A model generated the notes under the pieces. That model did no database searches. It saw only the letters and a list, made by a program, of their open reading frames with translations, and had not been told where the DNA came from. A stretch of 63,512 nucleotides of DNA, filler included, from Choristocarpus tenellus KU-1152 (Eukaryota; Protista; Phaeophyceae), in the NCBI GenBank assembly GCA_964200185.2. It is 10 parts of 10 records of this genome, joined end to end, with 100 filler letters (N's around TTAATTAATTAA, not from the genome) between each part and the next. Parts side by side here need not be neighbours in the genome. Positions count along the whole stretch, not along the records: positions 50,971 to 53,481 come from CAXNAD020027190.1; positions 53,582 to 60,575 come from CAXNAD020006904.1; positions 60,676 to 63,512 come from CAXNAD020024318.1; 7 more parts are not named here. One strand, given 5' to 3'. The position numbers were made by a program, and so were the translations under genes. Shown here piece after piece: positions 52,171 through 63,512 of this stretch; the first letter of the stretch is position 1, and the number at the start of each line of letters is the position of its first letter.

Positions 52171-53361
52171 ATTTGCAGACGCTTTTCATGCTTGCTAGTC
52201 TTCTCTTTGGAGACATCATTATTGTCAATCACTCCACTGGCTGTCACATGACCACGAGCCTCCCCCACATCGAGCATGCATTGCAACATGCGGCAACCTG
52301 TCTCAGCCAAGGGAAGGTTGAGAAACCTCTGCTCCTCCACACCATCTAGCTGACGATGAGACAGTCCCCTTCCTATCAAGAAGGGAGTAAGATATTAGGC
52401 AATGGTATTTTCATATAAGCTCAAGTCTGAGAATGGGTACTTGAATTCCAGCACTCATGGGAGACTGTGAAATACAATTGCCAACAACTAAAGCCCTAAA
52501 ACATTAGCAGCTGAAGCTTACATTCAATGCTCATGCTTGCGGTGACTTTCTCTATCAACCCCTTCACACCCAACATGCAAACCTGAGTGTCCTTGAACAA
52601 GGCGGAGAGAGACAAACCAAGGCTTAGATAGCTGTTGAAGCACGGTGCCATTGACAGAGGGCAATCCCAATCCCGCCCTCAAAGCTGACCCAAGTTTGCT
52701 TGTGCTGAAAGGGTGGTCTGCATGGCCAGACACCACTGTACCCCGTCTTGTGAATCGAGACAGGCTGCATGGGCATATGGGTTGTGGTGATAAAAAACAA
52801 AAGCTCATGCTTCGATGTATTCGTACTGTTGATGGTCTCTATATATTGAATGGTTCCTTATTACATTAATGTAGTCATATTTTGTGTCCACCCTCATAGG
52901 ATGGAAGTAGAAGAAGTGTGTTACTGTATGTGGTGGTGACTATGTGTGAATGGTAGCAATAAATTTGAAGAGACATAGGATACATATGCCTACACTTTGA
53001 CCTGGCAGAAACAGATTGTGGTAAAGAGGTTCAAGTAGGGATATTGTTGCCAGTATACTCTCTCTTTACACATTTGTCAGTGTTTTCTAACATAGTGAAT
53101 GTAAATCGAGAGTATGATTTGATCAAGAGTACAGTGCCACCAGTTAGTTCCTGACCATTGAGCTATCATGAGGGTGAATTGATGGGCAGGCTCTACCATC
53201 ATCTAGGGACAGACATAGTATTGAACAGACTTCTGCCAGGGTTCCAAGAATGCATTAGTGTCAGTATTTAGGTGTTGTAAAGTTACCTGTCAACTTTCTC
53301 ATCATGCGTCCAGAACTCAACCTTGATGCCGGTGCGATTGTGCAGCACAAACGGCGAGTAC
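52171..53361 (-). CDS. VPS13-like protein, internal exons (VAB/SHR-BD repeat-like)
   Basis: Exons 53361-53287, 52746-52583 and 52372-52171 splice in phase: YSPFVLHNRTGIKVEFW ... WFVSLRL ... RFLNLPLAETG. The P-F-x-L-x-N-x-T-G start is typical of VPS13 VAB repeats. Confidence 0.55.
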
Positions 53362-53669
53362 CTTGAATGGTCGCAAAAAGAACGAAACAGGAAATGGTAA
53401 TTAGTAGCAGGGTCAAATTATCTGGGGGGGGGGGGGGGGCGGGGGGTGGCCATTTTGGGGCAATTTTTTACTGGGGGGGTTNNNNNNNNNNNNNNNNNNN
53501 NNNNNNNNNNNNNNNNNNNNNNNNNTTAATTAATTAANNNNNNNNNNNNNNNNNNNNNNNNNNNNNNNNNNNNNNNNNNNNCCAGTGCAGTGCACCAATC
53601 AACAGTCAGTACAAGCTGGTAGATGTGTATCATATCAACAAGAAACAAATGAGTAGCCTATGTTTTAAC

Positions 53670-54150
53670 AGGCTTAACCTACCAGAAAGTCACAAGAGTG
53701 GACTCAATGACCTATACTGATGCTAATTTTGCCAATGAGTCCTTTGACCGACGTTCTGTACAGGGCGGGGTAGTGATGTGTGGCGAGGTAGCAGTTTCTT
53801 GGCGTTCCAGGACCCAATGTGTCATAGCACAGTCGACTGCAGAAGCAGAAGAAATAGCCATGGGGGATTGTGTGAAGGAGTTCTTGCAACCTGATAGGAC
53901 TGGGTCGTGTTATGTAGTGTATGAGGAGAACACAGAAGCCATCCATTTGGCAAACAACCCTTTGAGTTCTGGCAGGACTAAGCATACAGATGTGCGACAT
54001 CATTCCCTAAGGGACTTGGTAGTCAATGGACAAATAAGGATTCTTCATGTTACCTCAGATGAGCAACATGCAGATGTGTTGACAAAGCCTTTAGCAGAAG
54101 TATCTTTGAGGAGGCATGCAGGGGCTTGGCTAAATTTAGACTATGTTTAG
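53670..54150 (+). mobile_element. Ty1/copia RNase H remnant
   Basis: YTDANFA..DRRSVQG..VSWRSRTQCVIAQSTAEAE..NNP..GRTKHTDVRHH..LHVTSDEQHADVLTKPL. Confidence 0.92.
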
Positions 54151-54315
54151 TGGTTTGTTTCTTGCTGAATTTGAATGTGTTTGGTTGGATTTATTTCTTT
54201 TGAGTGAGTTCAATAGCTGGTTACTTTCTTGTCACACAGGATTAACCCGAGGAGTCTCCTAGGATCCATAATTGTGTTCTTACAAGTTCTCAAGAGTTGT
54301 TTGAGCTAGGGAGGG

Positions 54316-54587
54316 TGTTCGATTAGACTCTTCCAACTCAATCGGGCAGTTACGGTAAAATATGTATGGAGTAAAAGAACAATCAATTAGTGGTCGACTT
54401 GAGTTATCAGAACTTTTTATTAGTGATTAGTCTTATGAGAAAAATTCTCATATAAAAGGAAATATATATGATTTTATGGGGTGCTGCATGCCTCACTTAA
54501 CTTTAATCAATCACTCTACAGACATCAAGCAATCTCGCTGGGTTTATCACCTTTACCCTCTTTGACGATTTGGGAGATACTTTAACA
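54316..54587 (+). mobile_element. 3' LTR of the copia element
   Basis: Polypurine tract AGGGAGGG (54308-54315) directly before TGTT; ends in AACA; TATAAAAG at ~54451. Confidence 0.7.
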
Positions 54588-54678
54588 CACCCTAACTAAA
54601 TTCCGTCTTCTCTGTGCCATGCTCGACCTTCATCCCGATAACCTAACCCAAATCAGTCATTGGGATGAAATCGAAACT

Positions 54679-54930
54679 CTAAACTAACCCTAAAACGAGC
54701 GATGGCATATTATTTCATACTAACCCTAACACAACGACAATAGATCCTAACCAACAGCCCTGTTTGAACACATTGAAATCTCGACACATGCAACCAAAGA
54801 AACACTAAACTAACCCGAAAACAAACGATGGGATTTTTTTTCATTCTTCATGCGAACACAAGGACAACAGACCCTAACCAACATCCCCGTTTGAACACAT
54901 TGTAAATCCGACACATGCAACTAAATTACC
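54679..54930. repeat. Two ~125-bp tandem units inside a longer element ending in a family-B terminus
   Basis: ctaaactaaccc..aaac..cgatgg..gtttgaacacattg..cgacacatgcaac occurs twice, followed by poly-C-AGATATTTTGACCC. Confidence 0.7.
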
Positions 54931-55475
54931 CAAAAATCGGTATATCGAAAAAAGATTCCAAACAGACGCCCCCCCCCCCCCCCCCCCCCCCAGATATTTT
55001 GACCCAAAAGCAAGATTTGCGGACGTCTTTTTAGCGCCATTTGCAGACAGGCTGTGAGAACACACATGGGTGACCCACACAACAACATGAACCACGACGG
55101 TGAGACAAGGAGAGCAGCCTAGGCTACTCTGCCCCCTGGGTCTACCCTCGGCACCTTCTCTATCGAGAGGCGTCAAAAAACAAGTACCGTGTACCACTCA
55201 GAGTGATGGTAGGTAACAAGAAAGTGCATGTACTGTGGCGCCGCAGCATGATCAAATCGTGCAATGGACCACGCAGCCGCAACACTGACGAGGAGAGAAG
55301 ATGCATGGAGATGAAGTCTGTGGGGAAGCCTGGTCACAGTGGGTAGAGGGAGAACCAGAGTGACTGGCCGAAGGGAAGGTTGGGGAGGAGAACAGTGCGA
55401 CTGCATGTCATCGGGCTCAGGGAATGCCTAAGCCAAAACCCGGGCGTAGAATATCTTAGTAGTTGACAGTTACAG

Positions 55476-55913
55476 GAGACCCTGGCTGTTTGGAAGCCAT
55501 GCGAGCCCGAGTGGCTTAAGGAAACGAGAAAGAAGGTGTTAGGGTTGGGCTACAAGGGCTCTGAAGATCGAACGAAGGTCGGAAGGGCTCGCAAGGCAGA
55601 GGAGAATGTGATCGTAGCAAAGGCAACTGTAGAGACTTTTCGATACCACCAAATCCTTTACTTAGAAGAAGTCGCGAAGGAGATGGAGGTAGCCATCGAC
55701 TCCAAAAACGTTCCTTTGAGCTTGAAACCAACTGAGGATAGGTAGACTGTTTGGCTCGCGCAGAAGTACTGCAAGAAGGCGTACACGCACCATCTTGTCT
55801 ACTCCAAGACAGCTGCCACTGGACCGGAAGCGGACAAGGAGTACAAGAGGTACAAGTCTCATAGGAGCCCGCCACCTTCGGAATTCCTGGTGGCAGATGG
55901 AGACGGGAGTTAA
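55476..55913 (+). pseudogene. Lys/Glu-rich coding-like segment of unknown family
   Basis: After tacag| the frame stays open to TAA at 55913 except for one TAG (55743-55745), which overlaps a possible AG|gtagac donor. Confidence 0.3.
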
Positions 55914-56287
55914 ATTTACATTTAGCATTCATTCCCTGGGTCGTTCTTTTGGCTAGCGTTTCTTCCCGCCCAACCGAGTTGCTGTTGTGTTCTTCGAACT
56001 GTCATCTTCAGCATGCACAACACACGTCGAGAGGAGTTTTGGGTCTGCCAGGAAAACAAATCAAATTGTTCATCTCACCACTCGCTTGTATCGTGGTTGT
56101 ACTCTTTGCTCCTCGTTGCAGGTTGTTAAAACACGGTTCTGTCTTTGGTTCGACGTCCCACACGCTATGTACGTCACACGTAGTAAAGCTGTACGGTTAC
56201 AATAGTAGAGTGTAGTTAAACCAAGCAAATATTGTACCAATACATCCTGAACCTCACGCAATGGTACTCTACCATTGGTATACTTTC

Positions 56288-56370
56288 GTCAAGTAATAGT
56301 ATATCTGTTGACACTCTTGAGGGAGGATCTACGATCCAGGGTTCGAAACCCAGTATGAGCGATTTTTCTT
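56288..56370 (+). other. tRNA-derived pseudogene or SINE head
   Basis: A-box-like TAGTATATCTGTT, B-box GGTTCGAAACC in a stem (ggg-ttcgaaa-ccc), then a T6 tract. The cloverleaf is not intact. Confidence 0.4.
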
Positions 56371-57654
56371 AAAAGATGAATAAAAAAGAAGCCCCTGCAC
56401 TGGACGGCCTTGTGACGGGCATCACGAATATCCATTTATGTTTTAATCCGATGTCTACATCAATAGTTATGATGGGTCAACACTAGGGACATTAGCTACT
56501 GCTACCACTATATGTATGGTGATGCTCTATTAGTAATTGAGGATATTGTGAGGATGAGTTCCTGGTGTAAGTGGGAGTAACGACCAGTACTAAAGGGTAA
56601 ATCAACATTCAGTATGAACAGGTGATAGTGTATCGTATCAAGGACAAAACAGGTGAGTATAGCCTATTTTAACAGCCTATGGTGGGGGTGTATTCTTGGG
56701 TTTTATCGAGTATTTAATACCACCTTTGGAAAGAGTAGTAGTTATTAGTTTGTACCCAGCTCACCAATTCAAAAGACTATTAACCCTTGACCCTTATTTT
56801 ACTCTATGAAAAAATTGAAACCACAGGAATTACTGCAGAAAAAAATCCCCACATGATAGAGGGAGAACCTATCCGTTACCACAGTTATGCCACTTGAAAG
56901 AGGCCCACCATACAAACACGTACCCAGTGTGCATGACTTGCTCGCTCACTAATCCCATGCCTTAGTCCCTGCCACATACACTTGTGGATGGGTCTGACGA
57001 AGTTGATTTGTTTTGTATCTTCCTTCTGTGCAATATAGGCTGATAGTCTATATCGGTTATACGTGTTTAGTGAACACGACTAGACAAGAGGAATGTTGGT
57101 TGAGTGGAACAGGTGTCATTGACATGTGTTCGTGCGCGTAAAGTAATGAGGTCGAATCTCAGATGATCGTTTTCTTATTACTTGATAGAAATGGACTTAT
57201 GGAGGAGTTCTGACATAGTACTAGCTACACAGGATAAGTGACATAAGTGACATAGTACGATGTAACGGCAGGACACGTTTTGATTCATCAGCTGATATAC
57301 GTAATAAACAATAAGATAATGAGAGAGAGCACCCACCCCCCACCACTAAGGGCTGTGCTCACTCCGCTAATAAACATATCCATACCACACAGAGCAAAAT
57401 ACTCTACTTGAGTAGTTCTCTTTTGCATACCTTCCATTTTCCCAAAATCAACATCTAGAAATATATGCCGAGCTTTCACTACAAAGACAGAGTCACAAAT
57501 GTCTCGAAAGCCCTGACACCTAGCCTACTTGCACTCTATCTGGACAGTTACGAGATCAAAAAGAGCACTACTAGATCGTATGCATATCAGCAATCTGTCA
57601 AATCATCATCCTCTACCATGAAATGTGGGGCATTGAAACACCAAGGACAAACAG

Positions 57655-59858
57655 TCAGTATGATCTTGACTGGACTATTGAAAGTACCTCAGATAAACTA
57701 TTTGATATCTCATTGTATTTTTCAATTTTTTTCTTCAGGTCATTGAGCTCCATTTCCAACTTTGGCTCCGGTGATGTAAGATCCTTTTGTTGCTCAACAT
57801 TGCCTTCACCCAGTTCCCATTGAAAGTCAGTCTTTTTGAAGTCTGCCGATATGGTTGTGTCGAAAACTGCTGTAACCAGGAGCAGGTGTACCTGCATGGG
57901 AACTATGTCACTGATGCGCTGGGTAACCACACCTTGCTGAATGCAAACAAGGAGAGCTGAACATCCCCAAAGTGGAGCATCCATTCCATATGAGTTGGTT
58001 CCAGGAGAATTGACGAATACGGTCAAATGAGATAGAGGTAAATTAAGAGCTACATTTCATCAATCAACCAGGACAAGAGCTGAAGGGTTCTTGTGTGGAA
58101 TATAATATATGGTCAAGAAGCTTACATTAACATCAAAACCAGCAACCCAGGGGGTGAAGAAATGGAGAGGAATTTTCTATTCCTTGTGATTATCATGCTG
58201 GTAAGGTGATGTCGACAGGGATAGATACAAGGGGACCTATTCTCTATCATTACTCCGCTGCAAGTGTCCTCAGAACTTATTGACGTTTGTCACAGGGCAA
58301 ATACTGGACAAGCAACAGTGCTCACCTGCTTGTCAGCGACAATCTTGGCAGAGTTTGACGTCTTCTTGTCTTCTGAATTCCTGTTCCCTGGTTTTAATGC
58401 CTGATCATACAAGTTAACATATCTCGAAATGAATTCATGAGGGATACCAGCCAGGTCTTCGCTGTCCTCCTCATCCACCACTTTCAATTGGGGTGACGGA
58501 ATGTTGACCCCTACCAAATTTGGGTCACCATTTATCTTGGACAGTATTTTCCTAGCATGCGCTTCAAGTTTTCCCTGCACTCTGTTGTAGGTTTCATCCT
58601 GCGTGAAACGCTTGGTCAGTTCAGCCTTGCAAAGGTACCCCACCACCTCCATCGCCTTTATGTGTCGCTTCTCTATGAAACCTTGCACCTGTGTCTTCAG
58701 GAATGATTTCAGTCTAGCGTTGCTAAGATGTTCTCTGTTCAGCTCATTTTCAAGCAATCCGTTAAGCACATTCTCCACGTAGACACGAATCTTGGAAACA
58801 AGCTTCTCGCACACAACGGGTAGCTGCAACAGAAGGAAACAGGGAGAGACGGGGGGCTGTTGCCAAGTGGTGAGGCCTGATGTGCAATCTACTGAGTCAC
58901 ACATGAGGCCATTTAAATACTTCTTGAATAGACTTGAACACTTCCTGCAAAACAATATGCACAAGACTTTGTAGAGGCTGTCACGAGAGAAATCACAACA
59001 CTCACATACCAATATCGAGATCTATATTCTTGTGTTCAGCAATATGACAAATAATGGAAACTGAGGGCACAGGAACAACATTCACTGTTCAGCTTGACAA
59101 GCCAAAAACACTATAGTTCTTGACTTGTAGAGAGGCTGTGGCAATTTCCAGCGCTACAGAAAAATATTTATTGTTTTCAGGCGTACTCTGCTGACATGCC
59201 TTGCGCAGAAAGCAAAGGTCTTCCTCCCTACCACACTAGTGCGGACATTGAACTTGCGGGTTGATTGTGTGTACAATGAATGACAAAATAGATGCCATGT
59301 GTATGGCGGTGTGTGTGAACTTCTGTTCTAGTTACTATCTTAAATCAAAACCAAGAACTGAACAAAAATATGTTGTGCGCTCACTTTCTCATTGAAGACC
59401 TCGTTGAACAGTGTGATCTCAGCGTTTGTGTTTTGAGACAAAATATCAGTCCCACTGAATTCATCGAGAATTTCTTTCACTCGGCCTTCGTACTCTTTCC
59501 CTAACCACTCACAGGCGATGCCATTCACTTCATCCTTAAAATCTGCGTACTTGTCTTTTGTACGAGGACCAATGTTGTACTCGAAGATTGTTGAGGAACC
59601 TGTGGTGCCCTTGGCACGGTCCCGGAATACTTGCTGCGTGTGTGAGAAAGCATTTCTGAGCCCTTTTACCCGTTCTTCTGGCCTGTCATTGTCAAACAAT
59701 TCCTGCTTGCTGCCGAGGGATATCTGCATTTCTCTCAGGCTGATATTAACAGTATCCTGGAGTCCTGGGAGCACCTTCTTCACCTTGGCTGATTGCGCCT
59801 TCATGATGAGATCCCCCAGTACAGCTATGCCCCACTCGCCTTCACCCACACCAAGTGC
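57655..59858 (-). CDS. Dynamin-related / Mx-like protein, middle (stalk) and GED exons
   Basis: Exons 59858-59385, 58823-58326 and 57936-57655 give WGIAVLGDLIMKAQSAKVKKVLPGLQD (post-GTPase helix), helical stalk, GED-like VVTQRISDIVPMQVHLLLV and a coiled tail. The GTPase domain is not visible on this contig. Confidence 0.65.
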
Positions 59859-60750
59859 CTGAGGAGGAAATGGATGTTGGTTGACAGGATTTCTCTGAGT
59901 GATACTTGTGATGTTTCTATCGTAGGGACCTTATCCAACCACCTTGGAGTATTTTTGGCAGTACCTCTACTGGCAGATGCTTTCTTAGTACGAAGATAAG
60001 GCTGAATCTGGGGCAAACTGCTCTCTAAACCTTGGTTGCCAGGGTCAATTGCTTGCAGAAGGTGTAAACAACGTATTCGTTCCAGCATCATATTTTACAC
60101 ATCAATAGCCTGGACACTCTTGCAAGATTTAATTTTACCTCAAAAATGTTATTGCCTTCCAGCACAATACTATCCGGAATTTGGGGGACATCTCGATGAA
60201 ATAGGCTGGGATTGGGGACACTGGGAGGGGGCCCAAGCATGAGATGTTAACATCTTTTTTCGTGTTGGACTAAGCAGAGAGAGGAGCAAACTCATGACGT
60301 AGCCAAGATGTTCTGTCTTCTTGATTGAGTTACAACTTCAGGAGTTTGCTGTCAATAATCCTGAGGAATAACAAATTAAATTCTCTACAACATACTCTCA
60401 TGTGTATGGTGGTGTTCGTGGAAAGTGTTTTGAGGCATACTATGCTTGATCTTTGCTACAAGGGTGGGGATGTTGGTTTATTTTTTCTTTCACAGGGTAT
60501 CAAAATTGGAAAGGGTTCTGAATGTGACAGTCGCAACTTTGTCCCACCCACCACGTACCTCATAATTTTCGATGANNNNNNNNNNNNNNNNNNNNNNNNN
60601 NNNNNNNNNNNNNNNNNNNTTAATTAATTAANNNNNNNNNNNNNNNNNNNNNNNNNNNNNNNNNNNNNNNNNNNNACCACACTCTGCTGGAAATATAGTT
60701 AATGCTGCCCTCTGCTACTAATGAACCGGGGGGGGGGTTGTGTTCAACAG

Positions 60751-63218
60751 AGAATTGGCTGGAATAGCAGCAGGGGAACGCCTTTGGAAGAGGCAAAAGG
60801 TCACCACAGAAGATCTGGTTGAAGGGAGAGTCATGACCAGTGGAAAGACCTCAGGCTCCTTGACTTCGAGTGCCTTAACTGTAAGTTATAATGAAGCATC
60901 AAAAACATCGGGCTTGGAGCTCAAGTAGGAGTGGTTTGACAAACAGATATGAAGGTGAATGAGGCGTTTACATATGTCAAGGGGTAATTGAATGTAGAGT
61001 GAGGGTTGAGGGGTGTGCAGGTTCAATTTTTTTGTGGACGACACTACTGGGAACAACCTTTGTGATTTTCAAGTACCTACAATAGAGTGCAGTTTTATCT
61101 GACAAGCCCTGGGTACCACAATGTACTCTATGAGATAGGTAAATTTACGTACAACATACCATTGATGTGGTATTGATTGAGTGTCAAACAACAATCAATA
61201 AAATGTTAGAAATTTTTAACCAATGAATGTTAGATACGTCTTGTGTTCGATGGCCATACCACTGCATTGGTCGAGCCTATTTAATGCTTGTCTCCATTCT
61301 CATTATTGCCAACTTCAAAACGATGATGTCTCCCTTGTCCATGCTTCAATCACTGTGCCCACACACACTTGCCCCCACTCAGTGATATAGTTAGTTCCAC
61401 TACAGTCAGCAGTATGGTGTGGCTGCACAAGAAATTAATGATTGTATGATATATTTGGCTTACATTGTCATTGGTATGTCTCATACCCTTTGACCTGCAT
61501 ATTTTTAGTCAGACAATGTTTCATGTCAATAAGGTAGCCCACCCGTTCTTAGGTACTGTGTACATTTCTGCCCCCACTGCAACTGGTCTTTCTTGGTAAC
61601 TACTATCCTATCCTTGTTGTGATGATCATATCACTTCCTTTGAAGGTGAGCACAGATAACAGTGCAAGGGATGCAACAGATGCTGAGGTAGATGAGGCTC
61701 GCTGGTCCCGGCAACGTAAGCTGGGGAAGAAGGGGTACTGCCAACTGCAGACAAGCAAGGGGAACATCAATGTGGAGGTTCACTGTGATGTGGTGCCACG
61801 AATGGCTGAGAACTTTATTGGACTCTGTGGCAAGGGTGTGTATGTTTATTGTCTAAGGGAATGGAAGTGGAGTTGTGTAGAAGATGGAGATTGAGATGTG
61901 GGGGTACAGGGGTACACTAGGGGATGCCGTAGTAAGGGTAAAAGTGTGTACAGACAAGAGTAAGGTTGTGCTGTCACTTGGAGACCACTGGATGCATTCA
62001 CCCTCTACTATCCTACTATTTTATTTGTTGTTATTGAGGGTGGGGTGTGTGTTGATGAATACTGATTGGAGTCCTCAAGTACCCAAGTTTTGAGTTTTGT
62101 GTCTGGTTGTACGAGGAAGTGCTCAGGAAGGATCGGTTTTGTTTTTTTTTGGTCAAGTGACATTCAAATTGTCAAATTCACACTGCCAAATTTCCTTTGT
62201 CTATCCTTGTTGTTACCGCCTCCACTGCCCATACCCCTTCCAATATGCCCTTCTGTGATTATTGCTGTGATTATGTACACCTTCCTTTAGGCTACTACGA
62301 TGGAACCAAGTTTCACCGGAGCATCCGAAACTTCATGTTGCAGGTGCGGAGCAATGTGTGTGGAAATGTGTTTTGACAGAACAAATCCTCAAAACCGACA
62401 TAGAAGGAAGGAAGGGAATGGGGTTGTTAGCCACTGTAGATAATGGTTCCCCCTCCCCTTGGCTATTCTCTTATCTAGAACGTGGTGGTACTTGGAACAG
62501 GATCAATTGTTCTGCGATATCTCGAGTGGATTTGCATCATGAATTGGACTATGACCAAGTGGGTGCCCTTCGTGCAATGCCTTTTTTTTTCAGGGGGGAG
62601 ATCCAAGTGGGACGGGAAAGGGGGGGGAAAGCTACTGGNNNNNNNNNNGCTGCACTGCCCATGTACCTTTATCCTCAATCATCTAACTGCGCATTTCTTC
62701 CATTTCCTAGGCAAGATCAAAGATGAGTTTGAATCACGCATGGTGCATGACAAGCGTGGTGTGCTGAGCATGGCCAACGCTGGTCCAGACACAAATGGCT
62801 CACAGTTCTTCATAACCTACAAATCCTGTCGGCACCTAGACAATGTGCACTCTGTGTTTGGGCGAGTTGTGGGGTGAGTGTACACCCACCCATCCAACCC
62901 AAACCCTTTGAGTCATGGCAAGGTTGGGGAAAAATGCAACATTTCCATTGAAAGAATTGCAGTTGTCAGTTTGATGCATCGAGCCGAAGAAATTTTCCCA
63001 ATGTCTCGTATGGTTTTATACAATACGTCCTAACCCTTGTCTCTTCTATTGGCAGGGGCATGGCAGCACTCTCAGCGATAGAGTCAGTGGCGACTGACTC
63101 CAAGGATCGGCCAGAGGAAGACGTACTGATAAGGAAGGTGGTGGTATTTACAAACCCCATTGACGAGATGGAGGATCTGCTGGAGAAGGAGTTGCAGGCA
63201 AAGATAGAGGAGAGAGAG
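60751..63218 (+). CDS. PPIL2: PPIL2/Cyp60-type (U-box) cyclophilin, C-terminal exons
   Basis: Exons 60751-60880, 61646-61835, 62291-62343, 62594-gap, 62711-62873 and 63056-63218 give [87 protein letters not shown] and DRPEEDV..VFTNP. Confidence 0.88.
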
Positions 63219-63512
63219 GTAAGATGATCCCCTTGGTGAAGACCAGGATTAGGGATTGGGCTTTTGTTGAGGTCTGGTGAACAATTACATTATCGCAGTC
63301 CAGAGGAAGACAGGGTATTAGTTTGCTAGGTTCATGTCTTATTTACCCTTACAGTGGATACCTCAAACTATGCAAGAAGCGTATGTATGTATATCCTCCA
63401 CCACCGCATAGTCAGGTGCTTTAAGCTCCTCCACCTTTCATTCCCCCCCTGCCACGCACGTGCAGTCGCTTTTTTAAGTATAACAAGCCGCTGAGCGTGT
63501 CGTGGAGACAGA

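Noticed and set aside
56288-56370. Functional tRNA gene
   Set aside because: The B-box is present, but the acceptor and anticodon stems do not pair convincingly.
57655-63218. Dynamin-PPIL2 divergent pair, or any window-wide gene cluster
   Set aside because: The genes are separated by artificial linkers, so their physical linkage is unsupported.

Overview
Eukaryotic, intron-rich, repeat-rich DNA. A photosynthetic stramenopile such as a brown alga is the best guess (inference from many introns of about 0.3-1.5 kb, TTAGGG-like repeats and an ASAFAP-type bipartite presequence). The window is not one locus. Nine 100-nt N blocks with a central TTAATTAATTAA (stops in all six frames) join about ten contigs, so neighbourhoods across them should not be trusted. 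Genes spliced by hand: a TDP1-like phosphodiesterase with an in-frame TGA, a TXNDC9/PhLP3 phosducin-like fragment, a near-complete His/Cys-rich COG0523/CobW metal-chaperone GTPase with a probable plastid presequence, a divergent disordered protein with repeated GxxLLxxLQ helices and an RG tract, VPS13-like exons, the stalk/GED half of an Mx/dynamin-like protein and a PPIL2 cyclophilin. Mobile DNA: a decayed chromodomain Ty3/gypsy with a possible adenine-MTase-like segment, a second LTR element, a Ty1/copia RNase H plus 3' LTR, a piggyBac remnant, a hAT-like MITE and three related MITE families with GAG/GAC termini, some with 4-bp TSDs. No CRISPR array or rRNA was seen, and I found no clear-cut novel multi-gene system. 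The best leads are the HLM/RG protein, the plastid COG0523 and the MTase-like gypsy segment. All family calls come from motif recognition by eye, not from database searches.
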